In this document: positions 37,501 to 50,150 of the stretch, piece after piece
Layout: every line of letters begins with the position of its first letter
Position numbering within the stretch: position 1 is the stretch's first letter
Assembly (NCBI RefSeq): GCF_006345805.1
Contig: NW_021836150.1
Location: 1 to 64,000 of the forward strand
DNA length: 64,000 nucleotides
Source of the DNA: Octopus sinensis
Lineage: Eukaryota
Direction: 5' to 3'
The notes under the pieces: generated by a model
What the model was told of the DNA's origin: nothing
Databases searched by the model: none
The model's input: only the letters and a program-made list of their open reading frames with translations
Position numbers and translations under genes: made by a program

Positions 37501-39482
37501 AACAAAACAAAAATAAATGAACAAAAAATTCCAAAGTGGAAGTTTTTTTATGACTATCATCCAGTCATATACATAGTGTTAAATTTGTCTTTATTTTAAT
37601 TGTAGTCAAATATTTCTCAAAGGTTATTGCCATCAAATTGTCCAAATCAAGTTACCAGTGAAAGTAAATGTTGAATATGCTTATGTGTGTCTGCATATTA
37701 CACAAGTAAACTTATGTAAGAGTGTATGTGTATGGATACCTGTAATAATATTGCACTTCAAGACCAAAATCATCACATACAAAATGCAACAGTAATATAC
37801 CATTCCAGTTTGTTAGGTAATATTTTTTCTCCCATATTTAAGAAGCACTTTACTCCAATTTGCTTGTTTTTATTTATTCTTTTCATTATTTTTCTATTTC
37901 TTTGTTGGTTGTTAGAATTCCATTCTCTTGTATAACAGAAATGGATTAAAAAAAAAAAAAAAAAAAAACACAAAGCATTATATTATTTTTTTCATCATTA
38001 TCAACACCTTCAATGCCGATGTTGTCATTGTCATCAGCATCGTTGCTAACATTATCCCTTTATTATTAAGAATAAAAAGAAAATTTTAGCATCTGTGAAG
38101 AAGCTAATGACTTTCCAGTAGTGTTCTGAGTTGGTTGAAGTTTCAACAATTCTTTAGATATATCCATCCAAGGACATCTGCTAGGAATATCTGTGAGTGG
38201 GTGTGTGCATGTAATGTATGTTTATATATATATAATTCTACATTGTATATGTGTATATATATATATATACACATATATATATATATATATATACATACAC
38301 ATGTATGTGAATATTGCTATATGCTCACACATTAATACATCACACACACACACATGCATATATACATGTCACACATGCACACACAACCACACCCATACAT
38401 ATTTATATACATACACACAATTATATATATACAAAAAAAAACACAAAACAGAATACTCATGTAGTTCATGAGACCATTATTGATTTATTTATTCTGTTTC
38501 ACAGCGATATATTAAGCATTAGCATGCAATCTTTCTCTCGCTCGCTGTCTCTCATTCTTTTTATTTTGCTCTCTCTCTCTCCTACCTTGCCTCTCATTTA
38601 TATATATATTATATATATATACATATATATTATATATATAATATATATACATATATATTATATATATATGTGTATGTGTGTATGTATATATATATATATA
38701 TGATGAATTTTAAATGTTAATATTATTGCTGATTATTCTTAATCTCCCTTCTCATTACACAGCTCTTATTCTTGTAATTGCTGTAGAATTTAATATTTAA
38801 AATTTCATGTTGTTTTGGAATGAATGAACACTGCAACTTCTCATTCTCCTTATAATCTAATTATTATTATCATTATAGTATCTTTGGCAACTCTACATTG
38901 TATAAACAATACTTGGTATTTAGATACTCTTCAGAAACAGGTGTTTTATGTTCTATTGTCTAGCTGCTGTGTGTTCCATTTTCCTATTTTGTTTATAGTT
39001 GTGTTTGTGGATGCCAGTGATAGTGTTGTTGTTGTTGTTTGTTAATATTGCCATGGCAACTTTCACAATTGCTTAATTATTGAAACTGATAGAAAGTTTG
39101 CTCACTGACCATTATTTACTTTCTGCTTTGTGTGATGAAATTTACTTATTTTCACTTTATTATTAATATTATTATGATTATCGTTACTGTTATTGTTATT
39201 GTTGTTGTTTGTATATGTTGTGGTGTTATTATTATTGTTGTTATTATCATAGAAATTCATGCTTAGTTTTAAATTTTTTCCTGTTCGTAAATTGTATTTT
39301 TGTGTTGGCAAAAGCAAAATTGATTTGTTCTTCATGGAGGAAAAACAAAATTTAAAAAAAAAAATGTAAAAGTCCATTACTTTCTTGTATTTAGACTTTG
39401 AGTGGCGGCAGCAGCAGTAGCAGCAGCAGCAACATTTAAAAATCCAGTTGTTTAATAAAATGTACAAGCTGAAAAAATTGCA
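34570..39482 (-). other. candidate long 3' UTR of the minus-strand gene
   Basis: Directly follows the stop codon; ~5 kb, AT-rich, with none of the SINE families that occur roughly once per kb elsewhere. The end point is a guess (AATAAA-like signal near 34577-34582 on the minus strand). Confidence 0.4.
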
Positions 39483-39586
39483 TCACACTCCAGAGAGTAA
39501 CTCAAGAATTGGCAATATGGTAATCAGAATTAAAATGGACGATGGCACTGTGTATAGAGAGGTTGCAGTATCTTTATAATGTCCTT
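39483..39586 (-). CDS. terminal coding exon of a probable GPI-anchored cell-surface protein
   Basis: Acceptor ttctatttctattttcAG; phase 1; translates (Q)GHYKDTATSLYTVPSSILILITILPILELLSGV* with a hydrophobic C-terminus. Phase matches the upstream exon. Confidence 0.75.
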
Positions 39587-41120
39587 CTGAAAATAGAAAT
39601 AGAAAAATAATGAACAGAAAAATATCAAAGGGAAAATTTAAATGCTACATTACTTTTTTTTTTCTGTTATTGTTATTTTACTGTTATCATCATCATAATT
39701 TCATTATCATTTTTTTGTTTGTCAACATTGGAGAGTGTGCAGCATTCAAAATATTTGAACAGTTTCCTTTTAGATTTCAGGGGAGGCATAAAATATCCTT
39801 CTAGCTTAAAAATCTTGTTCTTTTGAAGCTATTCAATATCATTTGCCTCCCTAACTAGCAGAGTAAACAGACTCTGATACTTCTATTGAAGGAAGTGAAA
39901 GTATGATCTTATGTAAATGTGATAAGAATCAGACTCCAGCCTAGCCTGTAGAAAGGCAATTGTGTTTCTATGTTAAATCCATAACAGGAAATAAAAACAA
40001 CTGCACTATGAGAGCTACTGCCAACAATAGTGGCTTTAACAGTGCCTATATTAATATTACAACGTAACTAATGAAGATACTATTAGAAAAATTTCAAAAG
40101 ACTTATATCAATAGCAAATTAGGAATAATCTCTTTACATAGATATCAAGTAGATGATGGATAGTGCTTAATCTAAGTAACTTGTCCTGAAATGTAACTAA
40201 ATGTTCTTGGATATAATAACTGGATAGAGCTGTCCTGAAAGATAAAGGAAACAGAACTATGTCCTTGGATATAGTTGCATAGAGTCTTAAGATAATTGAA
40301 AGGAAAGCTATCATGTGATGTATCATCTGCGTCCTTTTAAGTTCCTTCCACTAAAAGATAATTGACACACAGACCTGCAGAGTTATCACGTGTCGGAATG
40401 GGGATGGAAAACAAATGACATTCTTAAGACAAGAAACCTTAAGTAATGTAAAAGATACAGACCTTTTTCATTGTGGATATCAATGTGCAAAGAAAAACAG
40501 AAGTAATTCAGCACACAGGTGGCTAACTTTTTGTGTCACTTTTACGACATTAAGAGTTAAAATTACTAGGGATGTAATTGGCTGATAAACTCTAGCTGGA
40601 AGTTTTCTTCAAAAGCAAAATAAGTGATGAGTGTAATCAGCAGGTTTTTCAAAAGACAACTAATCTAGTTTTAAAGAAGAGAGATTAACTTAAATATATC
40701 TTCTTCATGACACACTGGATTAAAGTAAGGAAGGGTAAATTGGAAGATAGGTGACTTATGTGTTTCGTAGGTGGAGGGAAATAAAAAAGAAAAATAATTG
40801 TAAAACAAACAACTGCAAATGCCACCATAACCAAAGAGCTGCAGGATTGCCTGTAGGTGGTGACCAAAGCACTTCTTGACAAAAACATACAATGTAGTCA
40901 GAGTACACAAATAAAGTCAGGTGATGGGCCATAGAAGAATACTTTTCTTAATATAGATACACAAACCAACTAATTAACCCCCATGCAGCAACTCAATTTT
41001 CATTTATTTTATATATATATATATAAAATGAGGGTGATAAATTGAATATTAATTTAATTAACATCAATTTAAAACCAGTGGCCTAGCAAATAGAAAGATC
41101 TGAAAATTCAGAAAAGTTGT

Positions 41121-41257
41121 ATTACATGCGTATAAGAAGGGATGACCAGTACGTGGACATCCAATATGCTAGAAATAGATCATCTAGATCGTAGGTGATC
41201 TATTTCTAGCATATTGAATGTCCACTTAGTGGTCATCCCTTCTTATACGCATATAAT
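41121..41257. repeat. ~137-bp near-perfect hairpin (part of a non-autonomous element)
   Basis: atgcgtataagaagggatgacca..gtggacatccaatatgctagaaatagatca / tgatctatttctagcatattgaatgtccac..tggtcatcccttcttatacgcat. Confidence 0.85.
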
Positions 41258-41264
41258 TATATAT

Positions 41265-41840
41265 ATATAATGTGAAGAAACAAAAGACCTGGTAATTCAA
41301 TCTGTACACATGACTCTGATTAGAGATGGATTTAAAGGGCAATTATAACATGATAGATTAAAAATGTATTAATACACAGACATTTAAAAAAAAAATCTGT
41401 AAGTAAAATAAATATATTAAAAATATATGTATAAAGTAATATATTTGAAAGAATCTCAGGATTCAGACATAAAAATGTTAAAACATGTATGTATAGTTAT
41501 TAAAAATATTGGAGAAAGTTTGAAGTGGTGATGGAAACAAACTAAAAGATACAATGAGGACAGAGTTAAAATTCAGACGTCAGACTTTCTCCAATATTTT
41601 TACTTATACATGCATATTTTAACGTTTTTTATGTCTGAATCCAGAGATTCTTTAAAATCTATTACTTTGCACATACATTTTTAATATATGTATTTAATTA
41701 TAGACTTTAAAAAGAAAATGTCTGTGCATTAATAAATTTTTAATCTATCATGTATAGTTGTCCTTTAAATCCATCTCTAATTGGAGTCATGTTTGCGGAT
41801 TGAATTACCAGGTCTTTTGTTTTCTCACATTACATATTTA
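41265..41840. mobile_element. ~575-bp fold-back element with ~255-bp AT-rich inverted arms
   Basis: 41265-41521 is the diverged reverse complement of 41584-41840 (e.g. caaaagacctggtaattcaatc / gattgaattaccaggtcttttg; catgatagattaaaaat / atttttaatctatcatg). Confidence 0.85.
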
Positions 41841-41932
41841 TAGCTTTCATCTCAAGTTACCCTTGAGCACTTCTAGGTCCAAATCTCTATATTGTGAGAG
41901 AATTTCTAATCAATCTTCTTTCTCAAAACAAT

Positions 41933-41973
<41 letters not shown>

Positions 41974-41999
41974 TTTCTATTTGTTGAGCCTGGCAGAAG

Positions 42000-42730
42000 G
42001 GGTAGTACTCATGGAATTTGTCGGCCCTCTAAGATCAGTGCACTTGATGCTGTTAATGTGTCATTTCAACCGTTGAGATCAATGCCTGCAGGAAGACATG
42101 AGCAGGGTAAGGTTTTCAGAGAGTTAATGTTCTAGGGAAGGTCTTGGCACTGTCAACTGAGGGAACTGTAAGAAACAAAGGTAATGAGAGATGAAGTTTG
42201 GTGTTGCTTGACTGGGGATGGTACAAGACCATTCCCCTCTGAGAAACAGAGGATTTATAGTAGTGACATTGAAAGACAGAAAGGAAAGACAGCTTGCTTG
42301 TGGGTCAGAGGCTGAAGTTTGCCTGTTCGTGATTAAACACCAGTCAGTCAAGTGGTTCTTCTCTGGATGCTGTCCAGGATAACTGTATATCACAGCAGCA
42401 CCATCTCAGATTTGTAAGTAGTACTCCATTGAGGGTATCACTTGAACCTTCTAGAGTTCTGAAATATTTTATGGATCTGTAGAGAAGGGTCAGCTTTTTA
42501 GATGCAGTCCTAGTTGTACAAAGGATGTGCTTTCTCCAGGAGAGAATCCTGGTATTCTTGATACGAGTTGAGCATGATGTATTTTTGCTGTTAAATGTAA
42601 TAAGGGAAGCATGACCTTACTGAAGGATGTTCTCAAGGTCTCCATGATGCATGTGAATGATGCATGGGGAGGAATGAAGGGTGGGGTGATGAATTGCAAA
42701 ATAGCAAGCACTGTTGAATGCAGTGACAAG
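42000..42730 (-). mobile_element. CR1/Jockey-group LINE ORF2 C-terminal relic
   Basis: Minus-strand fragments TASKKL..LYRSIKYF..ILDSIQRRT..LQPLTH, typical of the post-RT region; frameshifted. Confidence 0.7.
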
Positions 42731-42976
42731 TAGGTCCAATTATTTTCAAGAAAATGTTACCCACTCAAATGCTTGTTCCCACAAGACTTAAATAGTTTAT
42801 TTTCAAATTTTTATTTGTGCAGATTTACTAATTGTTTATTTTTTATTCTTAAAAGGTTTCAAAATAAACTCTTGCAGAAATGTGGTACACTTTTAAAACA
42901 TTTTACTGAGATGAATTTGAAAGATGAATACAACAGAGTAAAATCAAAAGTAAAATCTGATTCATTGTTCACTCAC

Positions 42977-43138
42977 GTTCAATTCGAGAACTTCCACTTG
43001 CAAAGGGAGTTGTCTTAGTCTGATGATTCCTCTGTGTTATAACAGGATATTGTGGATGTTTTCCAGAAATAAAGATTTCTCTGCCAGGTGTTCCTGAAGA
43101 ACTGACTGTCGTAGACTTTGTGCTTGATATTCCAATTT
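42977..43138 (-). CDS. internal coding exon (Ser/Thr-rich stalk), phase 1-1
   Basis: Acceptor catattttgcctgcAG, donor GTGAGT, 162 nt, only one open frame: (E)IGISSTKSTTVSSSGTPGREIFISGKHPQYPVITQRNHQTKTTPFASGSSRIE. Confidence 0.8.
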
Positions 43139-43847
43139 CTGCAGGCAAAATATGTATTACAATTTGAAATCAAGGTATGTGTGTATGTACAATTAAGTGT
43201 TCTAGTTTTAATTAGTTTAATTTACCTTTTTTTTTTTTGGTTAGTAAACTAGAATTCTATGGAAATCTGAATTTACATATTTCATGTTTATTCAGTATTT
43301 TCATATGTAATTACACTTTGCAAAGTTTGTATATGTTTACATTTTTTTTTTGTATAAAAGTGAATCAAAAGTAAAATATCTGCCTTTAAAAAAAATATTA
43401 TAAACATATTTAACATTCAAGCCTTGTTTATCTATTACTGCAAAGAAATAGAATTAAAAATCCAACAGTTGACATTAAATATTATAAAAAAAAAAATTAT
43501 ATGATTCCTTACAGGTGACTTGAATAAATTAGTTGCAGGTTCTTTGGTAATTTCTGTCTTAGAATAATAAGGAAAACATTTTACATCAAATCTCCAATTT
43601 GACTGAACAACAACAGGAAGTATTTACTACACAAGATTGTTATTAATAAGAATGGAATGATTCTTGACTGGAATGATTCTATTAATGATATCATTCTAAT
43701 CTTATCAGTAACGATCTTGCATGCAGAACAGTAACACTTTACATTTGCGAATAGATATATGTCCATGCTGGCATGGGTTGGACAGTTTGACTGGGCTGGC
43801 ATGCTGGCAGGCTCCAGTATATATGAATATATAAATGTGTACTTATC

Positions 43848-44147
43848 ATCATCATCATCATCGTTTAACGTCCGCTTTCCATGCTAGCATGGGTTGGATG
43901 GTTCAACTGGGCACTGGCAAGCCCGAAGGCTGCACCAGGCCAGTCAGATCTGGCAGTGTTTCTACAGCTGGATGCCCTTCCTAATGCCAACCACTCCGAG
44001 AGTGTAGTGGGTGATTTTATGTGCCACCGACACAGGTGCCAGACGAGGCTGGCAGACGGTCACGCTCGGATGGTGTTTTTTATGTGCCACCTACACAGGT
44101 GCCAGACGAGGCTGGCAGACGGCTACACTCGGATGGTGTTTTTTATG
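43848..44147 (-). mobile_element. family B copy with two 63-bp internal tandem units (44015-44140)
   Basis: ttttatgtgccaccgacacaggtgccagacgaggctggcagacgg..cggatggtgtt occurs twice. Confidence 0.85.
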
Positions 44148-44527
44148 AAAATACAAATATATCTGTGTGCATCTAGGTATCTCTGGATTAACACTACTTG
44201 TCCAGCAATAAAATTTGTTCAGTCACAGTTAAGCGATATGTGCTCCATTTCAGTGGCTTGGTGTACCAAGATCATTTTGATGCTAAGTCTTATTTTTCCT
44301 AATTAAGATGTATCCACTGGTCTTCGTACATCAAACTACTGAAATACAGAGCATACTGTTTATCTGTGACTTCAACAAATGTTACTGCCACCCAAGTAGT
44401 GTCAATTTGAAGATTTTCAACACTCCATTCCACAATCATATAGACGATGGACTTCCATATAAAATCTGCCCACACTTGTTTGCTCAAGACACACAAAGAA
44501 GTTGTGAGGTGAACTTCTTAACCCCAC

Positions 44528-44570
44528 AAGAAGACAGATGTTTTCATATGGTTATGCTTCATCAGTTATT
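44528..44570 (-). ncRNA. decayed hammerhead motif
   Basis: Minus strand: AATAA-CTGATGA-A-GCAT-aacc-ATAT-GAAA-ACATCT-GTC-TTCTT; stems I and II each have mismatches. Confidence 0.4.
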
Positions 44571-44624
44571 CACACTGAATCCATTACTTATAACTTACTA
44601 AGAAGTGCTATTTTTATGTACAAA

Positions 44625-44776
44625 CTGCTGAGGTTGACTTTGCCTTTCATCCTTTCGAGGGTCGATAAAGTACCAGTGAAACACTGGGGTCAATGTAACT
44701 GACTAGTCCCCTCCTATAAAATTTCAGACCTTAGGCCTATAGTAGAAAGGATTATTATTATTATTATTGTTGTTGA
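44625..44776 (+). mobile_element. 5'-truncated family C SINE with 12-bp TSD
   Basis: TTTATGTACAAA at 44613-44624 and 44777-44788; nearly identical to 47634-47788. Confidence 0.85.
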
Positions 44777-45339
44777 TTTATGTACAAATTTGCTGGCATG
44801 TGCAATGCTTTGGCAAGTCTAATGATGTCATCGATTGCCTAACTTGATGTGTTGTCACATACATTGTCTACAAAGAAAATTCTTCCTCCAAGACAGTTAA
44901 TGCAATGAAGATATTTTCAATTTTCAGTGTACATGAAACTGTATACACATGTTTAGTTTAATCATTGTTGCTAAGAGAGTTTTAATTGATCAATTACAGC
45001 TTGAAAAAGCATTGCACATGCCAGAAAATCTAGTTTTTGCAGTTCTTAGTGGGATATGAATGATGGATTCCGTATCTGTGATTGATGAGGTCTAACTACT
45101 CAGAAACAAAGGTTTTACAATCCAATGACATCATTCCTAGTCCAGCTCAGAGTATTTTCATATACACTGTCTGTAAGGATGATTCTTCCCAGTGACAGTT
45201 ATTGCAGTGAAGATCTTTCTGAGATTGCATGTACATGTGATGTTAAAATACAAATGTACACAGCTTTAATTTAACCATTGCTGCTTAGTGAGCCTTTAAT
45301 TAATACATAATACTGAAATTTAAAAAAAAAATCTCCATA

Positions 45340-45750
45340 GGCATAGGAGTGGCTGTGTGGTAAGTAACTTGCTTACCAACCACATGGTTCCGGGTTCAGT
45401 CCCACTGCGTGGCACCTTGGGCAAGTGTCTTTTACTATAGTCTCGGGCCGACCAAAGCCTTGTGAGTGGATCTGGTCGACAGAAACTGAAAGAAGCCCAT
45501 TGTATATATATGTGTGTGTGAGTGTGTGTGTATATATATATATGTGTGCATATGTTTGTGTTTGTCCCCCCAACATTGCTTGACAACAGATGCTGCTGTG
45601 TTTACATCCCCGTAACTTAGCAGTTCAGCAAAAGAGACTGATAGAATAAGTACTAGGCTTCCAAAGAATAAGTCCTGGGGTCGATTTGCTCGACTAAAGG
45701 CAGTGCTCCAGCATGGCTTCAGTGAAATGACTGAAACAAGTAAAAGAGTA
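45340..45750 (+). mobile_element. SINE family A, full length
   Basis: Complete head, microsatellite and tail. Confidence 0.9.
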
Positions 45751-47289
45751 TAGAATACTCTTAATTATTAATTCTAACCAACTATAAGACACATACTAAT
45801 TTTATTAGATAGCTGAATGATAATAAGCAATGATACTTTAAAATTGAATGGTTAGAGGTTAAAAGAGTATTCATCTTTAAAAACTCTGAAGGCCTATGTT
45901 AATATTGATGAAACAAGCCTGCAGTATTTTTACCTATGTTTGATAATTACATTAGTAGACTTTGCTTTCTTAGATAACCCTCAAACTAACTCTGCTAAAG
46001 TGCTCTTTCAAAAAAGTTGAATATTTATTCTCTTCCTAACAGTCAAAAAGATTCAGTTTTTGCATTTATTAGCTTGGAGTAGGACTTGTATGTTTGCTTT
46101 TGCCTCTTTGAGATAGACTATTATATACCATCATCCATTTATCCATCTTGTTACTTTAATAACCATCATTATTAATGTAGGTTGTGTAGCTTATATGCTC
46201 TGACAAATGTCTTTAATAATACACCAATTTTTAATTTCATTCACTCTCAGTTTGCTATTCAATTGCATGCTGTTTCATACCAAGGGGCATCATTCATTTC
46301 CATTCCATGTCTATAGAAGCACATTGATCTTGCTTCCATATGGTAATTAATTCACTCTAAGTCCCAAATAAATATCATAACAGACAGGCCATTTAAAATA
46401 TTGGTTGATTTTAGAGATTCAGCAAAATTTCTCAACAATACAATAAGCAATTATTTATTGGACTATGGCACCTTGAAACTAAAATTCAAAATTTATTTCT
46501 CTAGCTTTAAACATCTCACACAGATTTGGAAACTGCTATCATTTAATCAATGCTGCCTGTATGAATCAGGAAAAAAAAAAAAAAAGAGACAATGTTTCTT
46601 CTTCCCCCTCCTTCTTAGTAATCTTAAACCTAAAATCAATTTCTTTCTCTCTCATACAGATTACAAAGTAGATGTAAGCAGATGGAACACAAGTAATTAT
46701 TCCTCTGAATATTATGGTAAGAAAAAAAACAAAACAAAGTGTTGAGAAAAAATATTATTCAAATTACTATTTTAAAATTCAAGAAAAATACAAGGAATGT
46801 GTTATAGCAATTATAGCTGAAGGGAAATTGTCAGCTGATATGTGATGCATCATAGTCACTACACACCCAGTTGCACAAAGACACACTGATGCACACGCAT
46901 ATGCATATTCACACCCACTGTAATAAAAATCAAGTCACAAAATCATATAAACTTTTATATCATATTGCAGTTTGAAGTTATAAGTTATTCAACTGCAGCA
47001 GCCTATGGAGAAACACAGCTGTGTTTGATATAGATTGACTGAAGGAAAATATTATTAGAAATAAAGCTAAAATGGATCATGATTTACTTCAATATTGGTC
47101 AGACAAATATTTACATTCTTTATTGAAAGTTTGTTGAAATGGATTCATAAATTGGCTTTTAGGTAAAATTGCTCCTGTTAAAACTCTTCCCAATATTTTG
47201 GGAGTGAGTTTTGTTTCAATAAAGTTGAGCTTTTCACTTTTTTAAGATGGTTTCTCTACAAACCTATATAATTCAAGCATTGGCTGAAA

Positions 47290-48010
47290 TCATTGAGAAT
47301 TGTATGATTATTATCATTATGGCAGAATTGTTAGCCCACAGGGCCAACTGCTTGGCGGTATTTCGGCACCTTTACTTTCTGAGTACAAATTCTGCTGAAG
47401 TCAACTTTGCTTTTCCTCCTTTTGGGGTTGAAAAAATAAATACCAGTTGAGCACTGGGGTCAATGTAATTGACTAACACCCCTCCTTCAAATTTGCTGGT
47501 TTTGGGCCAAAATTTGAAACCATCATCATCATCATCATCATTATTATTTATTAATTAAGACAACAAGCTGGCAGAATCATCAGCATGCTGGAGATATGCC
47601 AAGAGGTATTTTGTCCATCTGCATTTTCATATTCTGCTGAGGTCGACTTTGCCTTCCATCTTTTCGAGGGTCGATAAATAAAGTACCAGTGAAACACTGG
47701 GGTCAATGTAACTGACTAGTCCCCTCCCATAAAATTTCAGACCTTAGGCCTATAGTAGAAAGGATTATTATTATTATTGTTGTTGATTTAAAACATTATT
47801 ACTATTACTATAAAAGGTAGCAAGCGAGAATGTATTTGTTTTGACTCCTTACATTTTGAGTTCAAATCTCACAGAGGTCAACCTACTTTTCACCCCACCT
47901 AGGATAAGTAAAATTAAGTACCAGTAAAGTACTGTGGTTGATGGTTTCAACTAAACCACTCCCCTGAATTCCAGTTTATATGTTAGAAAGAAATATTACT
48001 ATTGTGATGA
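47290..48010 (+). mobile_element. three family C SINEs head-to-tail, separated by (ATC)/(ATT)n tails
   Basis: CORE-like blocks at ~47390, ~47635 and ~47865, each followed by a trinucleotide tail. Confidence 0.75.
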
Positions 48011-48981
48011 CAATAACAATTTAGAATTAGACTGAATATTAGAGAATGGAAAAACAGTAACAATAATAAATGCAAACTTATTCAATTAATTACTGAAACG
48101 TCAAATTTCTGAAACAAATGGAGAGATTATATAAGTATTTGTTGTCATCTTGGGGAGGAATAGCAATAAATTCAAGGAAGTATATAAAAAAGAAATAGAA
48201 AAAAAAAACCAATTGCAAATAAAATAAGAACGTTTTAGACATATTCAAAAGCCTTTAAAATGGAAAAGTTCTTGAGTTAATTTTTTAAAGCAGATTTGGA
48301 TAGAGAAACACATCTTCCTCGGGTACTCTATACAAGCAACTACTACAACCAGATTTGAATCAGTACTAATTTTGCAAAGAGAAAGAGAAAATACGACGAA
48401 GTATATAAGTAGCTGAAAAATGAAAACTCAGAAGGATAACATATGATATCACAACAAAGTGTGTTTTGAGCTTGATTAGAATCTGTATAGAACATATTGA
48501 TTATGATTCTCTTGTTTCTAGCATGTAATGAAAAGGGTCCTGAAAAACCAGCTTATTATCAAAATACAACAAAATTTATCAAAAGTACAAGAACCTCAAA
48601 ATTGAAATAATTAATGTGGCATATGAATACAGGCAATACTATTTACAATTGCTGCTTTATGCATGATAGAAAGGAACATGTACAAGCTTATTGAAATATC
48701 CATAAGCTAAAAATAGCATTACTATGCATAGTGCACATTCTGTGCTGAACTTTCTCAACATAATAATGCATTTTTATACAAGACTCCAATCTCAATAAAA
48801 TAATACCTTGCAAAAAAAAAAGACGAAAACAAAAAAAAACAAACAATCAAAAGAAACCAACAACAACAAAGCACTGTAAATATAGTTCGAAAACCGCTTG
48901 CACAACATACATACACTCTAACACAAATACAATCTATCAAACCACTGGTATTAGAACTAAAAAATATTGATATCTTATTAC

Positions 48982-49058
48982 CAATTAATAAAGGGTGTAG
49001 GCCTAAGCGGTTTTTTGGTTTACTTGAAATAGAAGCCAAATCTTCACATTTCACTCTA
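48982..49058 (-). CDS. candidate internal coding exon, phase 2-1
   Basis: Acceptor tcttcttatcgtttcaacatAG, donor GTAATA; 77 nt; RVKCEDLASISSKPKNRLGLHPLLI. The trailing G plus AA of the next exon gives Glu, in frame. Confidence 0.55.
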
Positions 49059-49849
49059 CTATGTTGAAACGATAAGAAGACATATTACATAATGTTATCA
49101 GGTAGGCAATAATCAAGAAAAGGATGGAATAATCATAGTTGGATCACATTTGATCATAGGTCTGGTGAAAGAGCTGACTTGGAGCTAAACAACAACACTG
49201 TGATATACCTAGTGTTACAAGGGAAAAGATGCATGAAATGATGGAATGATATAAATAATAATGATTTCATCTGAGAAAGATAACAAAAATGATATAGTAA
49301 TTTCTGATTTAGGCACAAGCTAAGCAAATTCGAGGGAAAGTGAGATAGTCAGTGCCATCAAACCCAGTTTTTGACTGGAAGGATGACAACTGAAGTTTAA
49401 CTCAGCAAGATTTGACTCCAGAACAAATGCCACAAGGCATATGTCTCAATGATCTAGCAATTCTGCCAGCTGCACTCACAAACAACAAAATGTTCACTTT
49501 GCAGGCATGACCTTCTAGGTTCAATGAGGATAAGTGTAAAGCTTTTCTGTAAATAAATAATTCTATTTGATAAAATCTTAATTCTCAGTAGTACACTACC
49601 TTGTAATATGGAACGCTTTAAACCTCTAATTCTCAGGTAGAAGAACATGTGTTGCAACCCTTTGGTTTTGAATATTTATATACATATGTGTGTGTGTGTA
49701 TGGAAAGTGGACATTAAATGATGATGATATATATATACACATATACATAACTACTAGCAAACACACCCATCCTTTGGACAGTTTAATTTGCTTTGGTGGT
49801 ATTTTTTTCATCAAATAATTGAACTACTGGGAGGGTTTATGAGTCATAC

Positions 49850-50150
49850 AGCAGTCTGCATTTCCAATTAACCTAGGAATGGAATATCAAATTGAAGGCT
49901 GGTTATTGTGGAGGTCCTTGCACTTTAATGATCATAGAACATATAAGTTTGCAAGCGATGCAAAGTGGAGCTACTGAAGTGTTTTGGGAGTAGATTACAA
50001 ATATCGACTACAAAATATGATTGTTTTACATGAAAGCAAAATTTCTTGTCAGAAACAGCCACATAAATGGTGTACTGAAATTGAAGGAAGACATTGAAAC
50101 TTCCCCTCTGTGAGTTAATTTTTTTCAGCAGCAAAGGGAGCTATTTTTTC
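49850..50150 (+). mobile_element. decayed Tc1/IS630-type transposase C-terminal relic
   Basis: Fragments resembling WPPRSPDL (GWLLWRSLH) and YMKxKVY..LKLKEDIE; weak. Confidence 0.35.

Noticed and set aside
43046-43174. Apparent + strand exon (AG..GTATGT, 129 nt)
   Set aside because: All three frames contain stops; the minus-strand exon at 42977-43138 explains the sequence.
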